Position numbers and translations under genes: made by a program. A DNA stretch of 60,808 bases, filler included. It is 6 parts of 6 records of this genome, joined end to end, with 100 filler letters (N's around TTAATTAATTAA, not from the genome) between each part and the next. Parts side by side here need not be neighbours in the genome. Positions count along the whole stretch, not along the records: positions 17,777 to 29,232 come from SRR31156797_21055; positions 29,333 to 36,636 come from SRR31156797_21056; 4 more parts are not named here. The stretch is one strand, 5' to 3'. Positions 21,292 through 31,755 of the stretch are shown in pieces. A model generated the notes under the pieces. The model made no database searches and was not told the DNA's origin. It was given only the letters and a program-made list of their open reading frames with translations. Within the stretch, counting starts at the first letter, position 1. Each line of letters starts with the position of its first letter.

Positions 21292-22893
21292 CTACTTCAG
21301 GGTGATTCCGCAAACATCACAGAAGGTTGGGTCGTCAGAAAAACTCACGCTTTCAATTTCGTCCGAATTAAAGACAGCCATTTCCCGGATGTTTGTCGTT
21401 GGTACATTCACCGCTTCGTTCTGCAATGTTGTCAGCACATAGGTATAGGCTTGCTGGATTACTGCTTCATCCGTTGTGCTCAGCATCGCCGTGATCTGCA
21501 CGTCGATTTCCGGCTTTTGTTCCAGACCTTGCTGCGCAGCGTAATCCGGGCTGTAATCCAGCATTGCGGCAAGGAACACATGCGGGTCCTGCGGGAATCC
21601 ATATGTATCGTTGACAGATATATCGAATTCACCCATGCAAGCCATTTCACACCACGTCATCGTCTCATAGCCGTTTATGTTGATTTCTATGCCAATTTTA
21701 GCCATCTGCCCCTTGAAGGCCATCAGAATTTGTTCGTCTGTGGAACGTTCACTCATATATATCACATCAAGAGAAAGTGTTTCTTTGTCCTTTTCTCGTA
21801 TGCCATCCCCGTCACTGTCTATCCAGCCAGCTTCATCCAACAGGCTTTCCGCCAATTCCAGATTGTATTCATATACGACCTGCTCCACATCGCAGTACGG
21901 CAAATCTAATGGAAACAGCGTGTCGGCAACAGATTCCATCCCGTGCAATACCGTTTCATTGATCTGCTCCTTATCTGTTCCATGTTGGATAGCCTGACGC
22001 ACCAGCGGGTCGCTCAGAATTTCAGAAGCTGTATTCAGCAGCAGGTTCCGGGTGGCGTATGTGGTTTCAGATTGAACCGCTTCAATGTTATCCAGTTCGG
22101 ACAGATAGTCGAACATGTCATAAGTTACCTGATATGAGCCATATAACAAGTCGATCTCACCGGCCTCAAGCGCCATCATACGGCTGTCGACATCCGGTAT
22201 GATTTTTACTGTGAATTGATCCAGCCCGGTAGTATCGCCATAATAATTTTCATTTCGCACAAAGGTATAGGAAGCGCCGGTTGTATAATTGCCTTCCTGT
22301 ATCACGTAGGGACCTGTTCCGACTGTCTCGATAAGCACATTGCCGTAAGGAAAGTTGCCGTCTGAGAACAGATTCGGGGAAAGGATTCCAAAGCACACAG
22401 CGCTTAAATCCTGCAGGACGGCATAATATGGCTGGTCATAGTAAAAAGTGATTGTATATTCGTCGACTACTTCGATCTCGGTAATTCTGGATACACCGCC
22501 ATAGTATGATATGTAATCCATCATATTTTCCCGCATAAAATCAAAGTTGAGCTTAACAGTTTCTGCATTGAACGCCGAGCCGTCTGAGAAAGCCACGCCT
22601 TCTCTCAAATAGAATGTCCATATTGAACCATCGTTTTCCCAGCTTTCCGCCAGAGACGGCACAGCTTCGCCGTCTTCATAATCAACGAGGGTTTCATAAA
22701 CGAGTTTTGAATAGTGAAAAAACCCTTGTCCGTCATAAATGCCTATAGGATCAAAGCTGGCAAAGTCCACAGCTTCACCTATTGTAATTCCCGTTGTGGT
22801 GCTTTCATCATTGCTGTTTTGGCATGCGGCCAGTGTAAAAGTCATTATAACTGCCAATAAAAGCGTTGTTAGTTTATTCATGTTTTTTTTCAT
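21292..22893 (-). CDS. Family-5 (NikA/CntA-like) substrate-binding lipoprotein
   Basis: Lipobox LAAC, YETLV, LAESW, FSDGS.FNAE.V, GTGPY, VRQAI. Start set at ATG 22893. Confidence 0.85.
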   Translation of the reverse strand: MKKNMNKLTTLLLAVIMTFTLAACQNSNDESTTTGITIGEAVDFASFDPIGIYDGQGFFHYSKLVYETLVDYEDGEAVPSLAESWENDGSIWTFYLREGVAFSDGSAFNAETVKLNFDFMRENMMDYISYYGGVSRITEIEVVDEYTITFYYDQPYYAVLQDLSAVCFGILSPNLFSDGNFPYGNVLIETVGTGPYVIQEGNYTTGASYTFVRNENYYGDTTGLDQFTVKIIPDVDSRMMALEAGEIDLLYGSYQVTYDMFDYLSELDNIEAVQSETTYATRNLLLNTASEILSDPLVRQAIQHGTDKEQINETVLHGMESVADTLFPLDLPYCDVEQVVYEYNLELAESLLDEAGWIDSDGDGIREKDKETLSLDVIYMSERSTDEQILMAFKGQMAKIGIEININGYETMTWCEMACMGEFDISVNDTYGFPQDPHVFLAAMLDYSPDYAAQQGLEQKPEIDVQITAMLSTTDEAVIQQAYTYVLTTLQNEAVNVPTTNIREMAVFNSDEIESVSFSDDPTFCDVCGITLK

Positions 22894-23647
22894 CGTGTTC
22901 CTCCTGAATAGATAATTTATACTTCCAATTGTTTGAAAGTTGTTTGGAAAATGAGTGTGTAAATTCAGATAATGAAGAAATACCATCAACTGTTTCTAAT
23001 ATTTGTCCATCCTTCATTACAGCGATTTTCTTTGATATATATAAAGCGGAGCGCAAATCATGGGTAATGAATAGATATGCGCATCCGATTTCTTTCTGTA
23101 AATCCTTCAGCAAAACAAGTATTTTAACCATTACTGTGGCATCCAGTCCTGTGACGGCTTCATCGAGAATAACCAGCTTAGGGTTCACGGAGATTGCCCG
23201 TGCAATGCAGACGCGCTTTTGCTGTCCGCCGGACAATTCGTAGGGATACCGGTTTGCAATATCTGCCGGGAGGCCTGTCATATCAAGCAGACGGCGTGCC
23301 TTGTTTTTCCGTTCCGTCTTATCCAGTTCCAACATGTTTTTCATCGGCTCGCAAAGGCTGTCGATGACCTTGCGTCGGGGATTAAAACAGCTTATATTGT
23401 CTTGGAAAACAGGCTGCATATCCCGGTACAGCTTTCTGCCCTTCAGCTCTGCTATATTCCTGCCGTTCCAAAGTATGACGCCACATGACGGCTTTTCAAG
23501 GGCAAGGGTAAGCCTGGCCAATGTGCTTTTTCCGCATCCGCTTTCCCCAATCAGGGATACGCTTTCCCCAGGCGCAACGGACAGTGATACATTGCGGAGT
23601 ACCGCCTGCCGACCGTATTTCTTGCTTACATTATTGATTTCAAGCAA
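22874..23647 (-). CDS. Opp/Nik-type ABC ATPase (NikE-like)
   Basis: GESGCGKST, YPYELSGGQQKR, LDEA. Confidence 0.88.
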   Translation of the reverse strand: MLEINNVSKKYGRQAVLRNVSLSVAPGESVSLIGESGCGKSTLARLTLALEKPSCGVILWNGRNIAELKGRKLYRDMQPVFQDNISCFNPRRKVIDSLCEPMKNMLELDKTERKNKARRLLDMTGLPADIANRYPYELSGGQQKRVCIARAISVNPKLVILDEAVTGLDATVMVKILVLLKDLQKEIGCAYLFITHDLRSALYISKKIAVMKDGQILETVDGISSLSEFTHSFSKQLSNNWKYKLSIQEEHDEKKHE

Positions 23648-24438
23648 TCCGCCACCCCCAACAAGCCGACCGAAGCCAACAATTCCTTTGTATAACTGTT
23701 CTGTGGATTGTTCAGAAGCTCTGATTTTTCACCGTACTCCAGTATTCGACCATCTTTCATTACGGCAATATCGTTCGCTAAAGCCCTCATAACCTCCAGG
23801 TCATGAGACACCAGGAGCATGGCCGGTTTGTATTCCTTCATTACGAAAGAAAGCAACTCCATAACAATTTTCTGATTTGCGATATCAAGTGCTGTTGTCG
23901 GTTCATCCGCAACAATAAGCACTGGATTCAACGATATGGCAATGGCAACCATAACACGCTGAAGCATCCCGCCGCTCAACTGAAAAGGATAGCTATTCAT
24001 CACCTTCTGCCCGTCGGACAGGCCAACCCTACCCAGCAGCTCGATTCCATATAGTACCACGTCATGTTTACTGCAAGTCAAATGCGCACACAATGTTTCA
24101 ATAAAATGATTCTTTATTTTCATGCAAGGATTGAAAGCGGCCATTGGATTTTGCAGAACAACGCCGATCTCCTTGCCGTTGATCTTTTCACGTCCGTCCC
24201 AAAACAGCGGAAGAATTTCCTTACCATGAAGGAGGACGCTTCCGGACATTTGCACGGAGGTAGAATCCAAAAGGCCAAGAATAGCATTGCATATGGTGCT
24301 TTTTCCACTTCCGCTTTCCCCAAGGAGTCCAAACACCTTTCCGCGCCTGATTTCAAAGGATATACCATCGATATTTACGCCGGTATTGAGATATTGGACG
24401 GATAAATCACACACTTCCAGAATAGTATCTTTATTCAT
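23626..24438 (-). CDS. Opp/Nik-type ABC ATPase (NikD-like)
   Basis: GESGSGKST, YPFQLSGGMLQR, ADEPTTALD. Confidence 0.88.
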   Translation of the reverse strand: MNKDTILEVCDLSVQYLNTGVNIDGISFEIRRGKVFGLLGESGSGKSTICNAILGLLDSTSVQMSGSVLLHGKEILPLFWDGREKINGKEIGVVLQNPMAAFNPCMKIKNHFIETLCAHLTCSKHDVVLYGIELLGRVGLSDGQKVMNSYPFQLSGGMLQRVMVAIAISLNPVLIVADEPTTALDIANQKIVMELLSFVMKEYKPAMLLVSHDLEVMRALANDIAVMKDGRILEYGEKSELLNNPQNSYTKELLASVGLLGVADCLKSIM

Positions 24439-25252
24439 AGTTTTCTCCTATAGCGAGAGCCTTCCGCATCCCTTCTCCAAACAGGTTAAATGCGCATACA
24501 GTAATGAAGACACAGGCACCCGGATAAACAGCGTACTGCGGAGCCTGTAACAGAAGGCTTTTAGCATCGCTTAACATTGCGCCCCACTCCGGTAGTCCAC
24601 CCGTCAAACCGATTCCTAAGAATGAATACCCGGAGATCATGAGAATGGTGTCGCCGATTCCCAGTGCAAAAAGAATCATCAGCCCGGGGAATATGTTCGG
24701 AAGCACCTGACCAGCCAATACGGAAGCGTCGGAAGCGCCGCCTGTTATGGCATACGTGACATATCCTTTGGCTAACTCTGTCTGCGTGTAGCTTCGCACC
24801 ATTCGCCCGTACCAGCCCCAATAGGAAAACATCGTGCTGAACACCAGATTGGTTATTCCGTTACCCATTACCCCCATAACAGCAAGAACTAGCACGGTAG
24901 GGGGAAGCGCCATACTTATATCACACAGCCACAGAAACAAGCGCTCAATAAAGCCTCCTTGATATGCTACAGCCATTCCAATGGGGATTGTAGTAGCAAC
25001 AATCCCACACATCACCACCAAACCAAGTCCTAACGAGTATCTTGCGCCGTATAACAACCGGGAAAGAATACATCTGCCGTATTCGTCGGCTCCTAACGGA
25101 AACTGGGAAGAAGGCTGCGCGAAGCGGTAGTCCATATCGATTTTCATCGGGTCGTTCGGGGACAGCGCATCGGCAAACAAAGCGCATAACGCAATGATTG
25201 CGATCATACCAAGCCCAAGCATTGCGCTTTTTCTGCGCAGTATTTTTCTCAT
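24431..25252 (-). CDS. Opp/Nik-type permease (NikC-like)
   Basis: FPLGADEYGRCILSRLLYGARYSL, PEWGAML; start ATG 25252. Confidence 0.88.
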   Translation of the reverse strand: MRKILRRKSAMLGLGMIAIIALCALFADALSPNDPMKIDMDYRFAQPSSQFPLGADEYGRCILSRLLYGARYSLGLGLVVMCGIVATTIPIGMAVAYQGGFIERLFLWLCDISMALPPTVLVLAVMGVMGNGITNLVFSTMFSYWGWYGRMVRSYTQTELAKGYVTYAITGGASDASVLAGQVLPNIFPGLMILFALGIGDTILMISGYSFLGIGLTGGLPEWGAMLSDAKSLLLQAPQYAVYPGACVFITVCAFNLFGEGMRKALAIGENYE

Positions 25253-26187
25253 ATCCGACCTCCTCGGTTTAAGCCGGGGTTTAACAGCGTACCGCACACC
25301 TCTGCCGCGACGTTGCATATAACAAAGCAAAGTGCCATTAAAACTATATAGGCGTTGATTACTGGGAAATCTCGGTTAATTGCAGCGGTCAAGACATATT
25401 GCCCCATCCCCTGCGCTGAAAATATTGTCTCCACAATCGCCGTACCTGCAATCAGATATCCGACATTCTGACCGTACATAATAATGCAAGATGGTGCGGC
25501 ATTTCTGAGCAGATGGTTTATCATCACTTTGCGTTTACCGATGCCCCTTGCTTTTGCATAGGCAACATACGCGCTCTTTTGGTTTTCCAGCAACAGTGAA
25601 CGAAGTATCCGCGCAAGTGACCCGATCATCGGTAACGATAAAACAAGCGAAGCGCATAAGAGTGTCATAGGATGTCCGTGACCTACGACAGGCATAATGC
25701 TAAGATATATGCCAAAAATCAGAAGGCACAGTAAACCGAGAAAATATCCCGGCACGGAGATTGAGACAAAGGATAATCCCATGATCAGCCTGTCAATCCA
25801 TGTTCCTTCTTTGAGAGCCGACATAATCCCCAGCGGAATAGCGGTGATAAGAATCAGAACGCACGACAGACCGGCCAGAAGGAGCGTTACGGGCATAACG
25901 GATGTCAAATCCTGCATGGCCGGTCTGCCGGTAATGTATGAGTTGCCGAAGTCCAGCTGTATTGCGTTTTTCAGCCACATCAGGTACTGTTCCGGTATTG
26001 ACTGATTGAATCCCAGTTCATCGCGGTACTGCTCGATCATTTCTTGGTCGACAGTTTTTGAGATCCGTATTGCATAAGCCTCTGCCGGATCGACGGCCGA
26101 AATGTTGGCAAGGATAAATGACAAGAAAGAGATTCCAATCAAGACTGTGATTATATGTAAAAACCGTTTACTCAGAAACTTCCACAA
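25249..26187 (-). CDS. Opp/Nik-type permease (NikB-like)
   Basis: QY..WL....LDFGNS, AKARG, VETIFS, RDFPVI. Confidence 0.88.
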   Translation of the reverse strand: MWKFLSKRFLHIITVLIGISFLSFILANISAVDPAEAYAIRISKTVDQEMIEQYRDELGFNQSIPEQYLMWLKNAIQLDFGNSYITGRPAMQDLTSVMPVTLLLAGLSCVLILITAIPLGIMSALKEGTWIDRLIMGLSFVSISVPGYFLGLLCLLIFGIYLSIMPVVGHGHPMTLLCASLVLSLPMIGSLARILRSLLLENQKSAYVAYAKARGIGKRKVMINHLLRNAAPSCIIMYGQNVGYLIAGTAIVETIFSAQGMGQYVLTAAINRDFPVINAYIVLMALCFVICNVAAEVCGTLLNPGLNRGGRI

Positions 26188-26204
26188 TGTGACGCCGCTC
26201 CTCC

Positions 26205-26232
26205 AGCATAGTTAGCATTGGCTAACTATGCT
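26205..26232. promoter_or_regulatory. Perfect palindromic operator upstream of the ABC operon
   Basis: AGCATAGTTAGC-ATTG-GCTAACTATGCT (12-bp arms). Confidence 0.75.
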
Positions 26233-26312
26233 TCAAAAAAAATAAGTGCTGATAAAGTCAACACTTATTTTAGCAATAATTCGGTTGTTATTACCGCCCC
26301 AATCGGAATTTT

Positions 26313-27299
26313 TTACACCCCAAGACGAAAATCGCTTGGATTCAAGCCATATTCACTGCGGAAGGCAGCGGCAAAATGGCTGGTATTCACATATCCCACC
26401 ATTCCCGCAATTTCGCTGATGCTTAAATCCATGTTTTCAAGCAGGTGACTTGCGTTTTTCATTCTTAGGCTGCGGATGTATTTGTAAACACTTTTGCCGT
26501 ACATATCACGAAAACCGGTTTTCAGCTTATACTCGTTGAGTGCAACCATTTTCGCCAATTCAGGAATTGTTGGCGGAGAAGAATAGTGTTCCGTCAAGAT
26601 TTCTTCCGCTTCAAGCAAGGCCTTTTTGTCAAAGCTGGAATGGGCAACCCGCTTTTGTCCGTTCAGCGGGAGTATAATATGCTCCTGCCATAAATCCGAT
26701 AACAAAATTTTTCCCATAGAATCAAGGTATGTGTTTCTCATTTCCTGTTCGATATCATTGTCGAGAATCTGCTTGAAATAGTTATGAATTTTCGCACCGG
26801 AGCGTTTCGGATTTGCAAGTCTGTGCAGTAAACCCCTGACTTCCGAATTGTCATATCTCGCACACTGCTCCGAGTACGGAAGCTGCCTGTGAAAAGCGTT
26901 TTTTGAGATAACAGAAACGGTGACTACCCGTTCATTTGAAGGGATCATTGTCATCCCCCGTGTATGCGGAAGTGCGTACAGACCCATTTCATTTTTTTTA
27001 AGATCAGCCTTTGCGATACCAGTTTCCAAATAGGAAATGTGCCCGCTGAAGCAATATGTGGCTTCGCAGGTATTTGGATAATCGTCATAATATGAAATGA
27101 GTGGTCGTGAGAGGAAAAGGTCAATAATTCCTATTTCAATATCATCACTGACCTGAACCGTTTTCATATATCCGTTTCCAATTTCTTTTGGTGCAGTCAA
27201 GGTTATTGCGTTCCCATTTTGCATATACGAAAAGCCATAACGATTAACAAGATCGTTCATATATTCATCTAATGAGTTCGTTGGAAATATCTGTTGCAT
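26313..27299 (-). CDS. AraC-family regulator (PchR/YbtA-like)
   Basis: C-terminal PTIPELAKMVALNEYKLKTGFR...IAGMVGY.NTSHFAAAFR..YG.NP. Confidence 0.9.
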   Translation of the reverse strand: MQQIFPTNSLDEYMNDLVNRYGFSYMQNGNAITLTAPKEIGNGYMKTVQVSDDIEIGIIDLFLSRPLISYYDDYPNTCEATYCFSGHISYLETGIAKADLKKNEMGLYALPHTRGMTMIPSNERVVTVSVISKNAFHRQLPYSEQCARYDNSEVRGLLHRLANPKRSGAKIHNYFKQILDNDIEQEMRNTYLDSMGKILLSDLWQEHIILPLNGQKRVAHSSFDKKALLEAEEILTEHYSSPPTIPELAKMVALNEYKLKTGFRDMYGKSVYKYIRSLRMKNASHLLENMDLSISEIAGMVGYVNTSHFAAAFRSEYGLNPSDFRLGV

Positions 27300-27640
27300 G
27301 CTAAACTCTCCATTTATGATATCATCACGTTCGAAATATCTATGCTGTTTTCGCCGCCGAATAGGATAGCGTCAGCATTTTCTGCTTCATCAGGTCGCTT
27401 ATTCGGAAATAATCGGCGGAGTCTTTCACCCTGTCGCGGATATCGCTGGGAGCCAGCCCGTATTTTTCGCACGTAAAGGCAAGCTCGACCTTCGTGATTA
27501 TCGCAGAAAACTAACTGCGCGGGGCTTTAAATATACTGCCAATATTATGCTCAAATTTCCCTTGCGCTATGGAAAGGTCAATGTTGCAGAGCTGTTCATC
27601 TCCCCCAGCATATCCGAACGATACATTTTTAATTTCAATT
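27300..27640 (-). pseudogene. Degraded ECF ATPase (EcfA) remnant
   Basis: Manual translation gives EIKNVSFGY...NIDLSIAQG, then IGS-IF..PRS...ELAFTCEN across frameshifts; Walker A is missing. Confidence 0.6.
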
Positions 27641-27647
27641 TGTATAT

Positions 27648-28313
27648 TTAAATTCCTATGTAAAATATCGCACCTATCAACGCTGCAACCAGAAGCAGCA
27701 CAATAACATCACCGGTACCGATTTTTGATTCATGCATGCTCGTGCGCCTGACGTGATTGTCAAGTCCACGTGTGTATGTGGAAGAGGCAAGCGAGTCAGA
27801 AATTGTCAGACTGCACATCAGTATCAGCACGTACACGCATTCCAGCGTCATTCCAGGCTTTGTAATCAAATTGTGCGCACTGAGTGAAACCCCCACGAAG
27901 CCGTGTCGAATCGCGCACCATGCCGTATTCCGTCCAGAAGCTGGGCACAAAGCGAAGCCCTGCGTAGATCGGAATCATTATCATCCTTGGAATGCGCAGC
28001 TTCTGCAGGGATGAGATCAGCTCCCCGGTGAGACGTCGCTTAGCACAGTTGCTGCCATGAAAGCAGGTATGAACCGTATAATATAAACGTTCATAATTCC
28101 GAAAAGCACGACAAATTCATTGCCGCTTACATACATTAGCCTATGCAAGATAAACACGACGCAGTTTTTCAACGCCCTTAGCGGCAAGGCGTTGACCGTC
28201 ATGTATTACGCCATTGCTGCGGTGATGCAGATTAGCCCTGATTCGGATGCTAAAAATGCAAATATGCTGATGATGAGAACAACAAACAGCGTGGTTCTTG
28301 GGTCAAATGTCAT
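27648..28313 (-). pseudogene. ECF T component pseudogene
   Basis: MTFDPRT start at 28313 with an early stop; fragments ELISSLQKLRIP..LRFVP..RLRG and TRGLDN..RTS lie in different frames. Confidence 0.75.
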
Positions 28314-28933
28314 CGCTTGATGCCACCGCTTTTTCCTTTGAGCGCACGGAGATAATACCCGATTTGATGAAGTGCTTTTTGAGTATCGTCAGACCGATTA
28401 GGCAGCCACCGGCGGCCATAACCGCACCTGTGAGAAGTGTAACAGTCGCCCAGAAAGGTGAGTACGCGATCATTTCATAGGTTGCTATCATGTCTTCGCC
28501 GTATTCGGCGAAATAATCAATTCCGAACAGGTAAATCGTAAGAAGCACTTCGAAGCAATAAAGCACGCAAAAAAAGCTGTAACCGATAAAGTTATTAAGG
28601 AGGCTTCTGTACGAGTATTGCTTCCAAATAATCGCCTCGCAGATAACACCCGCAACAAGCATATACGGAAGCATATATGCATAACCCATCAAAAGATAGG
28701 TCATGGCCTAAACCAAGGAGAGTACAAACATTACGCCGCGTTTATTCACTTTGTTTACCATAAGCAAATATACGGGAGCCGGAAATAACACACACGCATC
28801 CGTAACAAGCTGAAACGTCACCGCAATAAATGTCATGAGCGGCATTCCTACCACCAACCCGATAATTCGTATAACCACGGAGAAGACACCAATCTAAACT
28901 AGATACTTCGCTGTAAGTTTTGTTTTTCTTCAT
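28303..28933 (-). pseudogene. MptD-family ECF S component pseudogene
   Basis: MKKNK start then frameshift and stops; PVYLLM..KV.KRG, AGVICE, ILKKHFIKSGII C-terminus. Confidence 0.7.
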
Positions 28934-28956
28934 GTCTTTATTTCATAACTCAGTTG

Positions 28957-28972
28957 GTTAGCATCAGCTAAC
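28957..28972. promoter_or_regulatory. Second copy of the GTTAGC-N4-GCTAAC operator
   Basis: GTTAGCATCAGCTAAC upstream of the MptD-like gene; matches the core of 26211-26226. Confidence 0.7.
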
Positions 28973-28989
28973 TTACGCTTTAATAATTT

Positions 28990-29007
28990 ACCGACACTCA
29001 GTCGGTT
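28990..29007. promoter_or_regulatory. TetR-type palindrome candidate
   Basis: ACCGAC-ACTCA-GTCGGT. Confidence 0.45.
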
Positions 29008-29232
29008 AGTTTCTTAACTATACTATATAAGCTTTTTGTTTGTCAATAGCTAAGCCAAGCGTTTCTTAAAAAACATTACACAGCATCCGAGCCGATCTTC
29101 CAATCCCTTGCCGACATGCGTTTGTTCCATAGCTGGTTCTGTTGCAAATAATTTTACAAGTCAAAAAGCCGTTTATAAATTTTCTTATCCTTAAGCTGTT
29201 TTGCTCATAATCTCATTTATAAACTGTACTTC

Positions 29233-29332
29233 NNNNNNNNNNNNNNNNNNNNNNNNNNNNNNNNNNNNNNNNNNNNTTAATTAATTAANNNNNNNNNNNN
29301 NNNNNNNNNNNNNNNNNNNNNNNNNNNNNNNN
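29233..29332. other. Artificial contig linker
   Basis: Same 100-nt linker. Confidence 0.98.
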
Positions 29333-29412
29333 TATTCGGCTCCGCCGAAAATGACCCGAATTAAGGACCTGACAGGCCCATTAAACTCATGATATTTCCC
29401 CGGCGCATTTTT

Positions 29413-31032
29413 CTATTCGGCCCGGTAAGAGGTTTGACCGCCGATTACGGTTTCAAGCACCTTGATATCTTTAATATTTTCCGGTTCAACCTTAAGCGGG
29501 TTGTCGGAAAGGACGACAAAGTCGGCCAGTTTGCCCGGTTCCAGCGATCCCTTCAGATCTTCCTCGAAACTGGAATAAGCGCCCCAGGTTGTGAAAGCCT
29601 TGAGTGCATCCAGGGGCGATATCCTTTCTTCCGGCCCAAGTATTTGACCATTTCTGGTTATTCTGTTTACTGCATTGTGAATTGATTCGATTGGTGAAAT
29701 TGGGGTTATAGGAAGATCGGAATGAAGAGTGAATTTTAGCCCGGCGTCAAGAGAAGTTTTCAAGGGGCTTATTCGGGCCGCCCTTTCCGGGCCAAGGAAC
29801 GTTGAAGCGTGGCGGTCCCCCCAGTAATAGACATGATTGACAAAATAACTGGGGATGACTCCGGCCTTTAGCATTCGATCTATTTGATCGGGCCGGGCGG
29901 TTTGAGCATGTATGAGCATATGCCTTGGATCCGGCCTGTAATGCTTTTCCTGGGCCCTTTCCACGGCCAGGAGCACTGAATCGATAGCCCGGTCGCCGTT
30001 GGTATGAATGGCGATCTGGAAGCCGGCCCGGTGATATTTTTCCACCAGGGCGTCCATCTCTTCCTGGGGCATGATGAAATGTCCGGTGAATCCGTCATCC
30101 TTTCTATCAAAGTACGGCTCTGTCAGGGCGGCGGTCCAGCCCTGTATTGATCCATCCTGGAGAAGCTTGACGGAGCCGATTTTGACCCATTCGTCTCCGA
30201 AGCCGGATCCGAGTCCAAGATTTTGAAAGGAATCGAAAACATAATACATGATGGTCATGTACACGCGGCAGCCTATCAGGCCCTCATCGGCCAGTTCCCT
30301 ATAGGCCTGTACAACTTCCGGGCCGGGACCGGTCCCGCCTATGGCGGCGTCGTGGACGCCGGTAACACCATGGGATTGAGCGTAAGCTATTCCCTTTTTT
30401 AACAGGTCCTTGAGATGGTTGACGGTATATCCCGGCATATCTTTCATTACCAGGAGCATGGCCCCGGGTTCCAGCAAGAGGCCGGTGGGAATCCCGTCTT
30501 CGTCCTTTCTTATTTCACCGCCGTCAGGCTGGGGCGTATCCGGGCCGATGCCGGCCCTGTCCAGCAGCCATGAATTTGCATAGCCGAGATGTCCCGAGGC
30601 ATGGAAAAGGAACACCGGATTGTCGGGCGCGGCTTCATCCAATTCGTAACGGGTGATATGCCGGTTGTCTTCGATAAGGGTGTCGTCATAGGAATGGGCG
30701 ATAATCCAATCCCCCGGGCCGGTTTGATCCGCCTTGTTTTTAATGGCGGCTTTCACCTCTTCGATTGTCCTGGTTTTGCTTGGGGAGCAATCCACCTGTT
30801 CGAGCCTGGCGCTGTACCAGGACAGGTGGTTATGGGTTTCCAGGAAGCCGGGAGCAACGGTTTTGCCTTTGAGATCAAATTGTTCCGCGTCCAGGCCCGC
30901 CCAGGACCGGACTTGTTCTTCTGTTCCGACTATGGCCAGGCGGTCGCCCAGAATTCCAAAAGCCGAAGCTTCGGGCGCATCCGGGTTCATGGTTATAACA
31001 TCGGCATTGTAATATATTTTTTTGATCGGCAT
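29413..31032 (-). CDS. YtcJ-like amidohydrolase (Amidohydro_3)
   Basis: PGFLETHNH, KLLQDGS, IAIHTNGDRA, HSD.P, GSLEPGKLADFVVL. Confidence 0.9.
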   Translation of the reverse strand: MPIKKIYYNADVITMNPDAPEASAFGILGDRLAIVGTEEQVRSWAGLDAEQFDLKGKTVAPGFLETHNHLSWYSARLEQVDCSPSKTRTIEEVKAAIKNKADQTGPGDWIIAHSYDDTLIEDNRHITRYELDEAAPDNPVFLFHASGHLGYANSWLLDRAGIGPDTPQPDGGEIRKDEDGIPTGLLLEPGAMLLVMKDMPGYTVNHLKDLLKKGIAYAQSHGVTGVHDAAIGGTGPGPEVVQAYRELADEGLIGCRVYMTIMYYVFDSFQNLGLGSGFGDEWVKIGSVKLLQDGSIQGWTAALTEPYFDRKDDGFTGHFIMPQEEMDALVEKYHRAGFQIAIHTNGDRAIDSVLLAVERAQEKHYRPDPRHMLIHAQTARPDQIDRMLKAGVIPSYFVNHVYYWGDRHASTFLGPERAARISPLKTSLDAGLKFTLHSDLPITPISPIESIHNAVNRITRNGQILGPEERISPLDALKAFTTWGAYSSFEEDLKGSLEPGKLADFVVLSDNPLKVEPENIKDIKVLETVIGGQTSYRAE

Positions 31033-31045
31033 TTATCTATCCTTA

Positions 31046-31093
31046 AATTATGGGTGTCTGGGGGAATAATTATGGGTGTCTGGGGGAATAATT
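31046..31093. repeat. Perfect 22-bp tandem duplication
   Basis: AATTATGGGTGTCTGGGGGAAT x2 followed by AATT. Confidence 0.85.
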
Positions 31094-31755
31094 TGGAATT
31101 TGAATGAAGAATGAAAATTTCCTGCCGACGGCAGGCGATAAAAGCCGGGCTGCACAACTTAAATGCAGCCTGTTTATGCAAAAGCCCCGTGATCATCAGA
31201 GCCTCTCCTCGGTCTTTTGGTTGTTGCGTTGAAGAAATTCGAGTCGGCAAACAGATGAAAAAATGCACCATAGTTCGGAGAATCAGCCTGTCGGCCTGAA
31301 GCTTTGGTTTAACCGACCGGCTTGAGTTTTAAACCACGAAAATCATTCAACGTTTAGCAACACTACACGTAACGTTTATTCACGCTATGTGTAACCTTAC
31401 GCCACACTTATCGAATTGTCAAGTTATTATCATGGCTTTGTAACTGGTTTGCGAAATGCTTGACATCAGTAAAATAAATGTACAGAGTTGTATGGATCGA
31501 CGTCGGCAACGTCCGATGGTTGAGGCGTCTGTTTTCCGGCGATCTAATTTGGAAAAACCGGGTTGAATCTGTTATTCAGTTCCGCGGCGGCGTTTATGGA
31601 ATATTCAACGGCATGAATATAATGCTATGATAATGTGTTACACTACGGTCCACCAAAACCGAGAATCAATTAACCTTGCCTGCCGCATTTGCCATGGCGC
31701 GCATAATAATTCTGAAAGGGGAAGCTAAAGCCGGCCGGCGGCTTGGCGCCTTACA

